Below the pieces are notes generated by a model. It saw nothing but the letters and a program-made list of their open reading frames with translations, was not told the origin of the DNA and did no database searches. A stretch of 26,079 nucleotides of DNA from a virus (Duplodnaviria; Heunggongvirae; Uroviricota; Caudoviricetes): the IMG/VR virus record IMGVR_UViG_2698536454_000020, positions 1-26,079 of that record; one strand, 5' to 3'. Each line of letters starts with the position of its first letter. The stretch's first letter is position 1. Shown piece by piece: positions 1 through 8,791 of the stretch. A program made the translations under genes and the position numbers.

Positions 1-981
1 TTATAACGTCACTCCGCCTTTTAGTGGATTCAGAGCGACGGCATTTTGCAGATAGTCAGGCGCAAGGTGCGCATAGGCCATCGTCTGCTGAATGCTCGCA
101 TGTCCCAGAATCTGTTGCAGTGCGATTATATTGCCCCCATTCATCATGAAATGGCTTGCGAATGTATGCCGCAGGATGTGGGTTGCCTGATTGGGTGGTA
201 TATCAGGTTTCACTCTGCGTAAAATCCCGCAAAATTTCTCATAATCAACTTTGAATAATTTGGCGCTGGCCTCCTCTTTAACTTTTTTCTCCAGTTCCTC
301 AGAAATCGGCACGGTTCGCTTTTTACCGTTTTTGGTTTTCAGGAAGGTAACCCTGCAATTTGTAATCTGTGCTGGTTTTAGCGTGGCAACTTCCGTCCAT
401 CTTCCTCCAGTGCTCAGACATAAAAGCGCGACAAGTAAGTCATCACCAGCCAAAACATTTAACAGTTTTTCGATTTCTGCTTTTTCCAGGAACGTCATTT
501 CAGGGTTGGCTTCCGCCAGTGGCGGCAGTCCGTGAATTGGGTGTTGCCCGGAAAATTCATCCAATTGAATTAATTTTGTGAACATGCCGGATAATCGGTA
601 CATGTCACGGTTTATCGTTGCGGCACTGATACCATCACGTAGTCGCATGGAACGATAATCCATCAAAGCCCTTTTGCTCATCCTGCTCACTGGTATATCA
701 CCTATGCCGCTGATGGTTTTGAGTAGATGATTAAACTCTTTTGTTCCATGCTCGTGGTTTTGCCCGTGATATTTCCACCAGATGTCCAGCAACTCACTCA
801 AAGTCCGGCGGTCTGCTCGCTGGCCTCCCCATTCTTTCTGACTGGCATTGGCGATTGTGTATCGCTCAAATGCTAGTGCTTCAGCTTTTCTTTCGAATTT
901 CCTGCGGATGCGTTTTCCGTCGCGGCCGCGAGGTCTAATGTCCACTTCATAGCGACCATCATCGAGCTTCTTAATTGCCAT
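1..981 (-). CDS. int: Phage integrase, tyrosine recombinase (P2 Int-like). ORF is open to 1011, but the ATG at 981 (MAIKKLDDG...) has a GGAGG Shine-Dalgarno 8 nt upstream and matches the remembered P2 Int N-terminus.
   Basis: ORF track 1..1011 (-); C-terminal region carries the tyrosine-recombinase signature (HxLRHTFAS ... AYAHL); position at the prophage edge, divergent from the repressor as in P2. Confidence 0.88.
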   Translation of the reverse strand: MAIKKLDDGRYEVDIRPRGRDGKRIRRKFERKAEALAFERYTIANASQKEWGGQRADRRTLSELLDIWWKYHGQNHEHGTKEFNHLLKTISGIGDIPVSRMSKRALMDYRSMRLRDGISAATINRDMYRLSGMFTKLIQLDEFSGQHPIHGLPPLAEANPEMTFLEKAEIEKLLNVLAGDDLLVALLCLSTGGRWTEVATLKPAQITNCRVTFLKTKNGKKRTVPISEELEKKVKEEASAKLFKVDYEKFCGILRRVKPDIPPNQATHILRHTFASHFMMNGGNIIALQQILGHASIQQTMAYAHLAPDYLQNAVALNPLKGGVTL

Positions 982-1050
982 AAGAAAGCCCTCCGGCGCT
1001 GTATTCACCATCTTGGTAGCAAATGGTGAAAATGTAATCTTTATATAGAG

Positions 1051-1344
1051 TTAGCCAATCCTTTTCGCGGAGTGGTTGGACTCTGTTGACTCTGGCCCAA
1101 TGTGCGCGAGAGCCGGTGCGATTTGTCCTGCGTCCGGCGCGGTTTTATCTGTCATAAGCCATAGAGCATATTTTTGGAATGTGGGATGCATAGTGATTTT
1201 TAGCAAAGCTGTGCCACCAGGTTCAAAGTTTCCTCCTTCATATTTTTTAAGTGTGCTTAGTGGTAAGTCTATGATTTCACAGAATTTTGATTGGCTTAGC
1301 CCTTCAGCCTCACGCAAGGCCTTAATCTTTTCGCTTAATTTCAT
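1051..1344 (-). CDS. C: Immunity repressor, P2 C-like (97 aa)
   Basis: 97-aa ORF directly upstream of int on the same strand; size and C-terminal 'QIAPALAH' resemble remembered P2 C; divergent from the cox-like gene. Confidence 0.75.
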   Translation of the reverse strand: MKLSEKIKALREAEGLSQSKFCEIIDLPLSTLKKYEGGNFEPGGTALLKITMHPTFQKYALWLMTDKTAPDAGQIAPALAHIGPESTESNHSAKRIG

Positions 1345-1465
1345 TTGACATGGTGCCTATATAGGGACTAAATTCCCTCAAAACTGGAACCTATATAGGT
1401 TCCATTGATTTGAGAATAAACCAGCGTCTAAACGGTTTTGAGTGGTTTAGAAAGGGCTGGATCCT
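1345..1465. promoter_or_regulatory. Divergent early control region (Pc/Pe-type) with repeated palindromic operator-like motif CCTATATAGG
   Basis: 121-bp gap between divergent C and cox; CCTATATAGG occurs twice (about 1357..1366 and 1392..1401), the second inside the larger palindrome GGAACCTATATAGGTTCC. Confidence 0.45.
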
Positions 1466-1753
1466 ATGAGGGTACCATATATGGACGCTGAAAATTATGT
1501 GATTCAGTATCCGCTGGACGCGGTTCATGTGGATAAATTTGCTGATTTATTAGGGAAGCCAAAGACAGCCGTCAGTGAAATGGTGAAGGCAAATAAATTA
1601 CCAATTATTGAATTACGTGATCCTTGCAAACCGAAGGCTCGTGCCGGTGAAAAATGGGTTTTCATTCCTGAGTTTAATCGCGCTGTACGTGAGGCGTTTT
1701 ATAACCGACCGGTTGAACAGCGTGATGCATGGCTTTTGTGGATGGGGTTGTGA
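1466..1753 (+). CDS. cox: Cox-like excisionase / transcriptional regulator
   Basis: 95-aa ORF; C-terminus 'RDAWLLWMGL' resembles remembered P2 Cox; position right of the C repressor; AAAGGG Shine-Dalgarno upstream. An alternative ATG at 1481 also has a good SD. Confidence 0.7.
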   Translation: MRVPYMDAENYVIQYPLDAVHVDKFADLLGKPKTAVSEMVKANKLPIIELRDPCKPKARAGEKWVFIPEFNRAVREAFYNRPVEQRDAWLLWMGL

Positions 1754-1755
1754 TT

Positions 1756-1926
1756 ATGAATGAGCCGCGTTGTATTGCTCAGTTATTGCGTAACGAAAGC
1801 CCCAGGGTGATTGACTTCACCATCACCCACGGGAAGGGACGCAAGGGAATCATTATCCGCACCAAAAAACAGAGTCCGTTAAAGAAGGCTCTGACCTTTC
1901 TGAAAAGCCGGAGGGTCTGGAAATGA
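1756..1926 (+). CDS. Small hypothetical early protein (about 56 aa) in the P2 orf78 position
   Basis: ATG at 1756 immediately after the cox stop (1751..1753); ORF track 1729..1926 starts inside cox; 3' end overlaps the B start (ATGA). Confidence 0.4.
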   Translation: MNEPRCIAQLLRNESPRVIDFTITHGKGRKGIIIRTKKQSPLKKALTFLKSRRVWK

Positions 1927-2423
1927 CAGTGATGACGCTTAATCTCGTTGAAAAACAGCCAGCAGCTATGCGCCGGATAATTGGTAAGCATCTGGCCGTC
2001 CCTCGCTGGCAGGATACATGTGATTATTATAATCAGATGATGGAACGCGAACGGCTAACAGTTTGCTTTCATGCGCAGTTAAAACAACGTCATGCAACGA
2101 TGCGTTTTGAAGAAATGAACGACGTCGAACGTGAACGGCTGGTTTGTGCAATTGATGAATTGCGTGGGGCATTCTCAAAACGCCGTCAGGTTGGCGCAAG
2201 TGAGTATGCATATATTAGTTTTTTAACAGTCAGTCAGCGTCGTACTTTATTTATGCATGCCGGATTGACTGAAAAAGAATTCAACCAGCCATACTGGCGA
2301 ATTAATGAAGAGTCATGTTACTGGCGTGATGCTTTATTCCGTGCATTACGTGAATTATTCAGCCTGTTTGAGTATGCACCGACAATTCTGACGTCGGTAA
2401 AACCAGAGCAATATCTGCATTAA
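1923..2423 (+). CDS. B: Replication protein B-like (helicase-loader type), 166 aa
   Basis: 166-aa ORF, same length as P2 gpB, in the syntenic position between cox and A. Confidence 0.7.
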   Translation: MTVMTLNLVEKQPAAMRRIIGKHLAVPRWQDTCDYYNQMMERERLTVCFHAQLKQRHATMRFEEMNDVERERLVCAIDELRGAFSKRRQVGASEYAYISFLTVSQRRTLFMHAGLTEKEFNQPYWRINEESCYWRDALFRALRELFSLFEYAPTILTSVKPEQYLH

Positions 2424-2443
2424 ATAATTAACCAGAGTTTTAA

Positions 2444-2475
2444 ACGCACTTAATCGTGCGGGGCTTCTTTTTGCC
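2444..2475 (+). terminator. Weak hairpin plus T-rich tract after B (possible attenuator)
   Basis: CGCAC-TTAATC-GTGCG stem-loop followed by GGGCTTCTTTTTG. Confidence 0.25.
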
Positions 2476-2486
2476 TGGAGAAAGTT

Positions 2487-2711
2487 ATGCATACAGTTTC
2501 TGAAAATCAGTGCGGTAAATACGCATTACTGCTGCAACAGGCCAGAACCGAAGCACAGGCTGACGCTGCGACGCGCTTTTCTTCTCATCTTGACGCCATG
2601 ATTCGCCATATCACAAAGGCGGAGTTATCCCGCGTGGAGATAGTCGAGCTACTCAGTCAGGAGTCGGAAAAATTTCACAATATCGGATTGTCTCGCGGGG
2701 AGGTGCTTTGA
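2487..2711 (+). CDS. Hypothetical early protein (P2 orf80 position), 74 aa
   Basis: ORF track; forms a tight string of overlapping small ORFs between B and A as in P2. Confidence 0.5.
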   Translation: MHTVSENQCGKYALLLQQARTEAQADAATRFSSHLDAMIRHITKAELSRVEIVELLSQESEKFHNIGLSRGEVL

Positions 2712-3010
2712 TGTCCTGTTCTCATTCAGTTGTATTACTGAATAACGCCTTAAAAATCGCCGTTATGAAAAATGGCGATTTGTCTCTTATCCAACTTTGT
2801 CTTGATAAAGAAAAACGCGACATCACTGAATCTGTTATCGCGATTTATCAGAGCGAATTAAACCTCCTGTCTGATGTGATCAATTTACTTGTGAAACGCG
2901 CTGTATTCCACAAGCAAATTTCCTCAGTGGATGAACTGACAAAATTAACGACAGAACTCGCCAGTTATTGCGCTGATGTATCCAGGAAACTTAACGATAA
3001 AAGGAGCTGA
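2708..3010 (+). CDS. Hypothetical early protein (P2 orf81 position), 100 aa
   Basis: ORF track; ATGA overlap with the upstream ORF; AAAAGGAG Shine-Dalgarno before the next gene. Confidence 0.5.
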   Translation: MMSCSHSVVLLNNALKIAVMKNGDLSLIQLCLDKEKRDITESVIAIYQSELNLLSDVINLLVKRAVFHKQISSVDELTKLTTELASYCADVSRKLNDKRS

Positions 3011-3012
3011 TA

Positions 3013-3237
3013 ATGCCGGACAACGTAGATTTTATTCAGGAACAACAGGCTGAATTACTGGAGCGCCAGATTAACGCGGCAAGGGGTAAACATTGCGGTG
3101 TTTCTTCGCTGGTTTGCGAAGAGTGTGACGCTCCAATACCTGCTGCCCGTCGTGCGGCTTATCCGTCAGCCACGCGTTGTGTTTCCTGTCAGTCAGTCTT
3201 TGAAGCAAAAAACAAACATTACCGGAGAACGGCATGA
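3013..3237 (+). CDS. TraR/DksA-type C4 zinc-finger protein (P2 orf82 position), 74 aa
   Basis: C-x2-C-x17-C-x2-C motif (CEECDAPIPAARRAAYPSATRCVSCQ); AAGGAG Shine-Dalgarno at about 3001..3006. Confidence 0.65.
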   Translation: MPDNVDFIQEQQAELLERQINAARGKHCGVSSLVCEECDAPIPAARRAAYPSATRCVSCQSVFEAKNKHYRRTA

Positions 3238-3509
3238 GTATTCGTATTGAAATTGGCGAACGTTATGTCGTTACCAGTGACAGCTTTCAGTTTATTCTCC
3301 ACGAGAAAAAGAGAGCGGAAAGCGGTAAAAACGCCGGTCAGGAATGGCTGGCGGTGGTTGGTTATTACCCGAAATTAAGCCAGCTCGTTTCCGGCCTGAT
3401 GCATCACGATATTCTGACCGGAAGCGCAAAGTCTTTTGCTGATTTAAACGGGCAGGTTGAGCAACTCAGCAAGCGTTGTTCAGAGGCTTTTGGCTCATAT
3501 GGCCGTTAA
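3234..3509 (+). CDS. Hypothetical early protein (P2 orf83 position), 91 aa
   Basis: ORF track; ATGA overlap with the upstream gene; overlaps the A start by 11 nt. Confidence 0.5.
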   Translation: MSIRIEIGERYVVTSDSFQFILHEKKRAESGKNAGQEWLAVVGYYPKLSQLVSGLMHHDILTGSAKSFADLNGQVEQLSKRCSEAFGSYGR

Positions 3510-5778
3510 AGCCTCCGGGCGTTTTGTCCCTCCGTCAGCATTTGCCGCAGGCACCGGTAAGACGTTTACCGGTGCTTATGCATGGAACGCGCCACGCGAG
3601 GCCGTCGGGCGCGAAAGACCCCTTACACGTGACGAGATGCGTCAGGTGCAAGGTGTTTTATCCACGATTAACCGCCTGCCTTACTTTTTGCGTTCGCTGT
3701 TTACTTCACGCTATGACTACATCCGGCGCAATAAAAGCCCGGTGCACGGGTTTTATTTCCTCACATCCACTTTTCAGCGTCGTTTATGGCCGCGCATTGA
3801 GCGCGTGAATCAGCGCCATGAAATGAACACCGACGCGTCGTTACTGTTTCTGGCAGAGCGTGACCACTATGCGCGCCTGCCGGGAATGAATGACAAGGAG
3901 CTGAAAAAATTTGCCGCCCGTATCTCATCGCAGCTTTTCATGATGTATGAGGAACTCTGCGATGCCTGGGTGGATGCCCATGGCGAAAAAGAATCGCTGT
4001 TTACGGATGAGGCGCAGGCTCACCTGTATGGTCATGTTGCTGGCGCTGCACGTGCTTTCAATATTTCCCCGCTCTACTGGAAAAAATACCGTAAAGGACA
4101 GATGACCACGAGGCAGGCATATTCTGCCATTGCCCGCCTGTTTAACGATGAGTGGTGGACTCATCAGCTTAAAGGCCAGCGTATGCGCTGGCATGAGGCG
4201 TTACTGATTGCTGTCGGGGAGGTCAATAAAGACCGTTCTCCTTATGCCAGTAAACATGCCATTCGTGATGTGCGTGCACGCCGCCAGGCAAATCTGGAAT
4301 TTCTTAAATCGTGTGACCTTGAAAACAGGGAAACCGGCGAGCGCATCGACCTTATCAGTAAGGTGATGGGCAGTATTTCTAATCCTGAAATTCGCCGGAT
4401 GGAGCTGATGAACACCATCGCCGGAATTGAGCGTTACGCCGCCGCAGAGGGTGATGTGGGGATGTTTATCACGCTGACCGCGCCGTCAAAGTATCACCCG
4501 ACACGTCAGGTCGGAAAAGGCGAAAGTAAAACCGTCCAGCTAAATCACGGCTGGAACGATGAGGCATTTAATCCAAAGGATGCGCAGCGTTATCTCTGCC
4601 ATATCTGGAGCCTGATGCGCACGGCATTCAAGGATAATGATTTACAGGTCTACGGTTTGCGTGTCGTCGAGCCACACCACGACGGAACGCCGCACTGGCA
4701 TATGATGCTTTTTTGTCATCCACGCCAGCGTAACCAGATTATTGAAATCATGCGTCGCTATGCGCTCAAAGAGGATGGCGACGAAAGAGGAGCCGCGCGA
4801 AACCGTTTTCAGGCAAAACACCTTAACCGGGGCGGTGCTGCGGGATATATCGCGAAATACATCTCAAAAAACATCGACGGCTATGCACTGGATGGTCAGC
4901 TCGATAATGATACCGGTAGGCCGCTGAAAGACACAGCTGCGGCTGTTACCGCATGGGCGTCAACGTGGCGCATTCCGCAATTTAAAACGGTTGGTCTGCC
5001 GACAATGGGGGCTTACCGTGAACTACGCAAATTGCCTCGCGGCGTCAGCATTGCTGATGAGTTTGACGAGCGCGTCGAGGCTGCACGCGCCGCTGCAGAC
5101 AGTGGTGATTTTGCGTTGTATATCAGCGCGCAGGGCGGGGCAAATGTCCCGCGCGATTGTCAGACTGTCAGGGTCGCCCGTAGCCCGTCGGATGACGTTA
5201 ACGAGTACGAGGAAGAAGTCGAGAGAGTGGTCGGCATTTACGCGCCGCATCTCGGCGCGCGTCATATTCATATCACCAGAACGACGGACTGGCGCATTGT
5301 TCCGAAAGTGCCGGTCGTTGAGCCTTTGACTTTAAAAAGCGGCATCGCCGCGCCTCGGAGTCCTGTCAATAACTGTGGAAAGCTCACCGGTGGTGATACT
5401 TCGTTACCGGCTCCCACACCTTCTGAGCACGCCGCAGCAGTGCTTAATCTGGTTGATGACGGTGTTATTGAATGGAATGACCAGGAGGTCGTGAGGGCGC
5501 TCAGGGGCGCATTAAAACAAGGTCTGAGAAGACCAAACCGTCAGCAAAGAAACGGAAGCCCGTTAAAACAGCATGAAATGGCACCATCGGCCAGACTGAC
5601 CCGGTCAGAACGAATGCAAATTACCCGTATCCGCGTTGACCTTGCTCAGAACGGTATCAGGCCGCAGCGATGGGAGCTTGAGGCGCTGGCGCGTGGAGCA
5701 ATTGTAAATTACGACGGGAAAAAATTCACGTATCCAGTCGCTGATGAGTGGCGGGGATTCTCAGCAGTAATGGAGTGA
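3499..5778 (+). CDS. A: Rolling-circle replication initiator endonuclease (P2 gpA-like), about 759 aa from the ATG at 3499
   Basis: ORF track 3457..5778; start moved to 3499 (MAVKASGRFVPP...) to match the remembered gpA N-terminus; HUH-type motif PHWHMMLF and tyrosine motif GYIAKYISKN present. Confidence 0.88.
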   Translation: MAVKASGRFVPPSAFAAGTGKTFTGAYAWNAPREAVGRERPLTRDEMRQVQGVLSTINRLPYFLRSLFTSRYDYIRRNKSPVHGFYFLTSTFQRRLWPRIERVNQRHEMNTDASLLFLAERDHYARLPGMNDKELKKFAARISSQLFMMYEELCDAWVDAHGEKESLFTDEAQAHLYGHVAGAARAFNISPLYWKKYRKGQMTTRQAYSAIARLFNDEWWTHQLKGQRMRWHEALLIAVGEVNKDRSPYASKHAIRDVRARRQANLEFLKSCDLENRETGERIDLISKVMGSISNPEIRRMELMNTIAGIERYAAAEGDVGMFITLTAPSKYHPTRQVGKGESKTVQLNHGWNDEAFNPKDAQRYLCHIWSLMRTAFKDNDLQVYGLRVVEPHHDGTPHWHMMLFCHPRQRNQIIEIMRRYALKEDGDERGAARNRFQAKHLNRGGAAGYIAKYISKNIDGYALDGQLDNDTGRPLKDTAAAVTAWASTWRIPQFKTVGLPTMGAYRELRKLPRGVSIADEFDERVEAARAAADSGDFALYISAQGGANVPRDCQTVRVARSPSDDVNEYEEEVERVVGIYAPHLGARHIHITRTTDWRIVPKVPVVEPLTLKSGIAAPRSPVNNCGKLTGGDTSLPAPTPSEHAAAVLNLVDDGVIEWNDQEVVRALRGALKQGLRRPNRQQRNGSPLKQHEMAPSARLTRSERMQITRIRVDLAQNGIRPQRWELEALARGAIVNYDGKKFTYPVADEWRGFSAVME

Positions 5779-6043
5779 ACGTCGCCAGTTGCGAAAATTA
5801 TTTACAGGGGGCAGCGTTAAGCATCTAAAGATCTTGTTCTATGATTAGAATGTTTCCTCGTTGCACTCTCGTATAGTTATTTAATGGGAAGATGTACTCT
5901 ATATGTTGTGTTTTGGTGATAAATGAAGCCAAAGGAAGGAGATTTTGCTTGATTGATGGGCGCTCTTTGCTATACACCTTGTATTGAGAAGGAGAAGTAA
6001 TCAAGGATTAAGCTGGCTTTTGTCAAAAATCTGAAAAGCTTTT

Positions 6044-6073
6044 TTGACTGAATACGATAGCGAGTTGTACTAT
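6044..6073 (+). promoter_or_regulatory. Candidate sigma70 promoter for the island's first operon
   Basis: TTGACT (6044..6049), 18-bp spacer, TACTAT (6068..6073), about 35 bp upstream of the ATG at 6108. Confidence 0.35.
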
Positions 6074-6107
6074 TTGCGCCCTCAAAAGTAACCGGCGGCT
6101 GGGTAAA

Positions 6108-6482
6108 ATGGGGAAGCAAGGCAAAGGCAAAGGCAACAAAAATCAGGTTAAGGTTACGTGGGCTCAGGCGTGGCGGGATGTAATGATAAGAGCCATGTCT
6201 AATGGTCAGTTGATACCTATTACCATCAGTATTATTTTAATGATTGCTGCATGGAGGTTACCAAAAACTGACTTGTCCAATTTAGCCTTCTCTATTGTTG
6301 ATGGCTTTAAGGAGCATTCCTTGGTTGGTTGGGCTATCTCGGTAATAGTGGGTTTGGCTTGGTCTGCACATGCGCGAATCATGAGGCGCTGTTTTAGTTC
6401 CGAGGCACAGAGAATCGGTAACGAGAAAACAAAGTATCAACAAAGACAGACCACTCAAGCCTTGGGTACAAGTGATAAATAG
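6108..6482 (+). CDS. Small membrane protein, 124 aa, lysine-rich N-terminus and two predicted TM helices
   Basis: ORF track; hydrophobic stretches LIPITISIILMIAAW and LVGWAISVIVGLAWSA; low-GC island in the P2 tin/old hotspot slot. Confidence 0.55.
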   Translation: MGKQGKGKGNKNQVKVTWAQAWRDVMIRAMSNGQLIPITISIILMIAAWRLPKTDLSNLAFSIVDGFKEHSLVGWAISVIVGLAWSAHARIMRRCFSSEAQRIGNEKTKYQQRQTTQALGTSDK

Positions 6483-6502
6483 TTGTTTATTTAGGAGTTA
6501 TT

Positions 6503-7060
6503 ATGCTGACAGTGCTGTTTTATGTGCTGTTGGGTTTAGGCGCAGCACACTTCATTTACGAGCGAATCATTTTGCCGTCCATCCGACTTCATTATAGAAA
6601 CCAATTGTTTGCGCTTCGTGATGTCGCTAGGAGGAAAATCATTGATGGAGGTTCCGATACTTCCATGCAAGCGGCAACACTTGTGCATGACTCATTGAAT
6701 AACGCTATCAATAGATTGCATTTACTCACGTTGCCAAACAAATTTCGTGCTCAAAAGCGTATGGCAGAAAACCATGCAATAAGGCAGAAAATTCGGCGTG
6801 AGATAGATGTTTTCAAACGCTGTGATGATAGAGAAGTTGTTGATGTACTGTTTAAATCCGGTCGGATACTTGAAAATGTACTGTTATTCAATAGCTTAAT
6901 GTTATTGCTTTACATGTTTCCATTTGTCCTTGCTGTATGGTTCTGTGTTAGGGTCATAAAGACAGCAAGTAGTTTAGTACAGTGGGTCAAAGGAAGAGAT
7001 TTAGAGGAAGCTATAATGCTGCTTCCTGATACTCAGGTTGAAAAGGTTGTATACGCATAA
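6503..7060 (+). CDS. Membrane protein, 185 aa, N-terminal TM helix, central soluble region, C-terminal TM helix
   Basis: ORF track; AGGAG Shine-Dalgarno at 6493..6497; hydrophobic segments at residues about 2..18 and 128..150; 20 bp downstream of the preceding ORF. Confidence 0.6.
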   Translation: MLTVLFYVLLGLGAAHFIYERIILPSIRLHYRNQLFALRDVARRKIIDGGSDTSMQAATLVHDSLNNAINRLHLLTLPNKFRAQKRMAENHAIRQKIRREIDVFKRCDDREVVDVLFKSGRILENVLLFNSLMLLLYMFPFVLAVWFCVRVIKTASSLVQWVKGRDLEEAIMLLPDTQVEKVVYA

Positions 7061-7062
7061 AA

Positions 7063-7089
7063 ATCACCCCTTAGGGGGTGATTTTTTTA
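7063..7089 (+). terminator. Rho-independent terminator after the membrane-protein operon
   Basis: ATCACCCC-TTAG-GGGGTGAT perfect 8-bp stem followed by TTTTTTT, immediately after the stop at 7058..7060. Confidence 0.65.
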
Positions 7090-7255
7090 CATGACTTTTG
7101 ATTAGCTGACATTGTAAATCCGCATGTATCAGATGCATTGTTTTGCATGTGGAAATGGGTGTTTTCACTGCCAGCTATCGCTACATGTAGCAAAAACACG
7201 GGCTTAATAAGAAATCATTCTGCCATAAGGCATAACTTCCCCGCGTGCTCAGGTA

Positions 7256-7285
7256 TTGACGTCATAGATATGGATCTTTTTTAAT
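7256..7285 (+). promoter_or_regulatory. Candidate promoter for the TIR-like gene
   Basis: TTGACG (7256..7261), 17-18 bp spacer, TTTAAT-like -10; AAGG Shine-Dalgarno before the ATG at 7300. Confidence 0.3.
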
Positions 7286-7299
7286 CAAGGTATGGTATT

Positions 7300-8247
7300 A
7301 TGAAGATATTTATTAGTTGGTCAGGTCAGGACAGCCTGGAGATAGCAAAAGTATTACGGGATTGGATACCGAATGTTATTCAAGTAGCTGAGCCGTACGT
7401 ATCAGCGGAAGATATTGATAAAGGCACTCGCTGGGCGACTGATATATCAAAGGAACTTGATGACTCTTCTTATGGGATTATTTGCCTTACAAAAAATAAT
7501 ATTAATGCACCGTGGATAAATTTTGAGGCGGGTGCTTTAGGTAAAAAGGTTGATAAGAGCCGGGTTAGTCCTTTCTTGTTTAAAATTAAACCATCTGAGA
7601 TAACAGGCCCAATATTACAATTCCAGTATACTCGTTCGGATGATAAGAACGATATTTTGAAGTTGATGTTGTCAATAAATAATCAAGCAGGATTTTTGAC
7701 TGAAGAACGCTTAACTAAAGCTTTCGAGCAATGGTGGCCAAGTTTAGAGCGTGAGTTAGATAACATTCAAGATATTAACCCTGTAGATAAAGATTCCACT
7801 AAAAAAACAAAAGGTGATTCGACTTCTGAGATACAAAATCTTTCCAAAATTGTTGAAAGTTTGCTGGATATTAGCCGAACAAATCACCAATTATTGCGTG
7901 ATCCAGCATCATTATTGCCAGAAGAATATGTTAGCAAAATAATAAACAGGGAAGGGCGTAAAGAAACTGTTTTAAAAATTGTAGCTTCTGATTTATTATC
8001 CATGCATCATTCACTAATTCGTGTAAAAAGAAGATTTATTCGCCGTGGTATTGATGAAACATCTAGGAGCGAGTTAATTGAATCATTAAATAAAATGATA
8101 ATGGATTGTTCTAGAGTAATCGCTCACTTAGATAATTATTGTGGGGCTTCATCAAACAATATGTTCAATAGTGCGCTTAGATTGCGGACCAGAAATTTAA
8201 TTGACATGATGGATGAGGAGGATGCAGAACGGGATGAAATGGAATAA
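7300..8247 (+). CDS. TIR-like domain protein (N-terminal ~135 aa) fused to an unrecognised ~175-aa helical C-terminal domain; candidate anti-phage NADase or signal-generating protein
   Basis: N-terminus MKIFISWSGQDS and the block ICLTKNNINAPWINFEAG (W72, E76; GAG at 7525..7527) fit the bacterial TIR-like pattern (F-I-S-x-S/H start, [SA]-x-W-[CI]-x-x-E). Own promoter and terminator-bounded unit; low GC. Confidence 0.6.
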   Translation: MKIFISWSGQDSLEIAKVLRDWIPNVIQVAEPYVSAEDIDKGTRWATDISKELDDSSYGIICLTKNNINAPWINFEAGALGKKVDKSRVSPFLFKIKPSEITGPILQFQYTRSDDKNDILKLMLSINNQAGFLTEERLTKAFEQWWPSLERELDNIQDINPVDKDSTKKTKGDSTSEIQNLSKIVESLLDISRTNHQLLRDPASLLPEEYVSKIINREGRKETVLKIVASDLLSMHHSLIRVKRRFIRRGIDETSRSELIESLNKMIMDCSRVIAHLDNYCGASSNNMFNSALRLRTRNLIDMMDEEDAERDEME

Positions 8248-8297
8248 TCGATTTTGACTAATCATAAATAATTTTGCATATATAAACTTATAATGCC

Positions 8298-8320
8298 GCA
8301 GCCGCTATTTTTCAGCGGCT
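8298..8320. other. Hairpin (CAGCCGCT / AGCGGCTG stem) flanked by direct repeats CTTATAATG
   Basis: Read from sequence about 50 bp after the TIR-like gene stop; no clean T-run after the stem, so terminator function is uncertain. Confidence 0.3.
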
Positions 8321-8791
8321 GTATATCGCTTATAATGGGTATGTTATTTTTATTTTGATAAAATCATTAAAATTGTCGATGTTATATGAATGCACATGTA
8401 TTATTAATGTTAGAAGATTATGCCTGCTTACGGCTATTGTGCTGAATTCAACTATGAACGCATCAGTATTAAAATCGTTCCATGAAATGTTCTTCGTCTA
8501 CAGCAGATGATGGGCAACGAAAAAATGACGCTGAGTGAGTTGGTCGGGGAGAATTGTTAGAGGTATTTATGGAGTGGTTTAATAATATCGGTCAATCCTG
8601 AGTTGCAGCATCACATAGACGATAGGGAATCTCTCCAGTCGTTCTGGAATGGCAGCGTTGAACAACAAGCACAGCGAGGCGTTAGATGCCCATCAGATTG
8701 ACACAGAGGGTTTATGAATCGCTGGGATTTACTTAGTTTGAAAAATAATATATTTATATGTTTTTGTATTGTGTTTGTTAAGGAGTTTGGA

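Noticed and set aside
1076-1348. 90-aa ORF antisense to the C repressor
   Set aside because: Overlaps the repressor gene on the opposite strand; no start signals.
3476-3808. 110-aa ORF in another frame at the 5' end of A
   Set aside because: Entirely inside the A coding region; A is supported by length and HUH and tyrosine motifs.
5779-6107. Possible small gene in the gap after A (for example ATGAAGCCAAAGGAAGGAGATTTTGCTTGA)
   Set aside because: Only about 9 codons; more likely promoter/leader sequence for the downstream membrane-protein operon.
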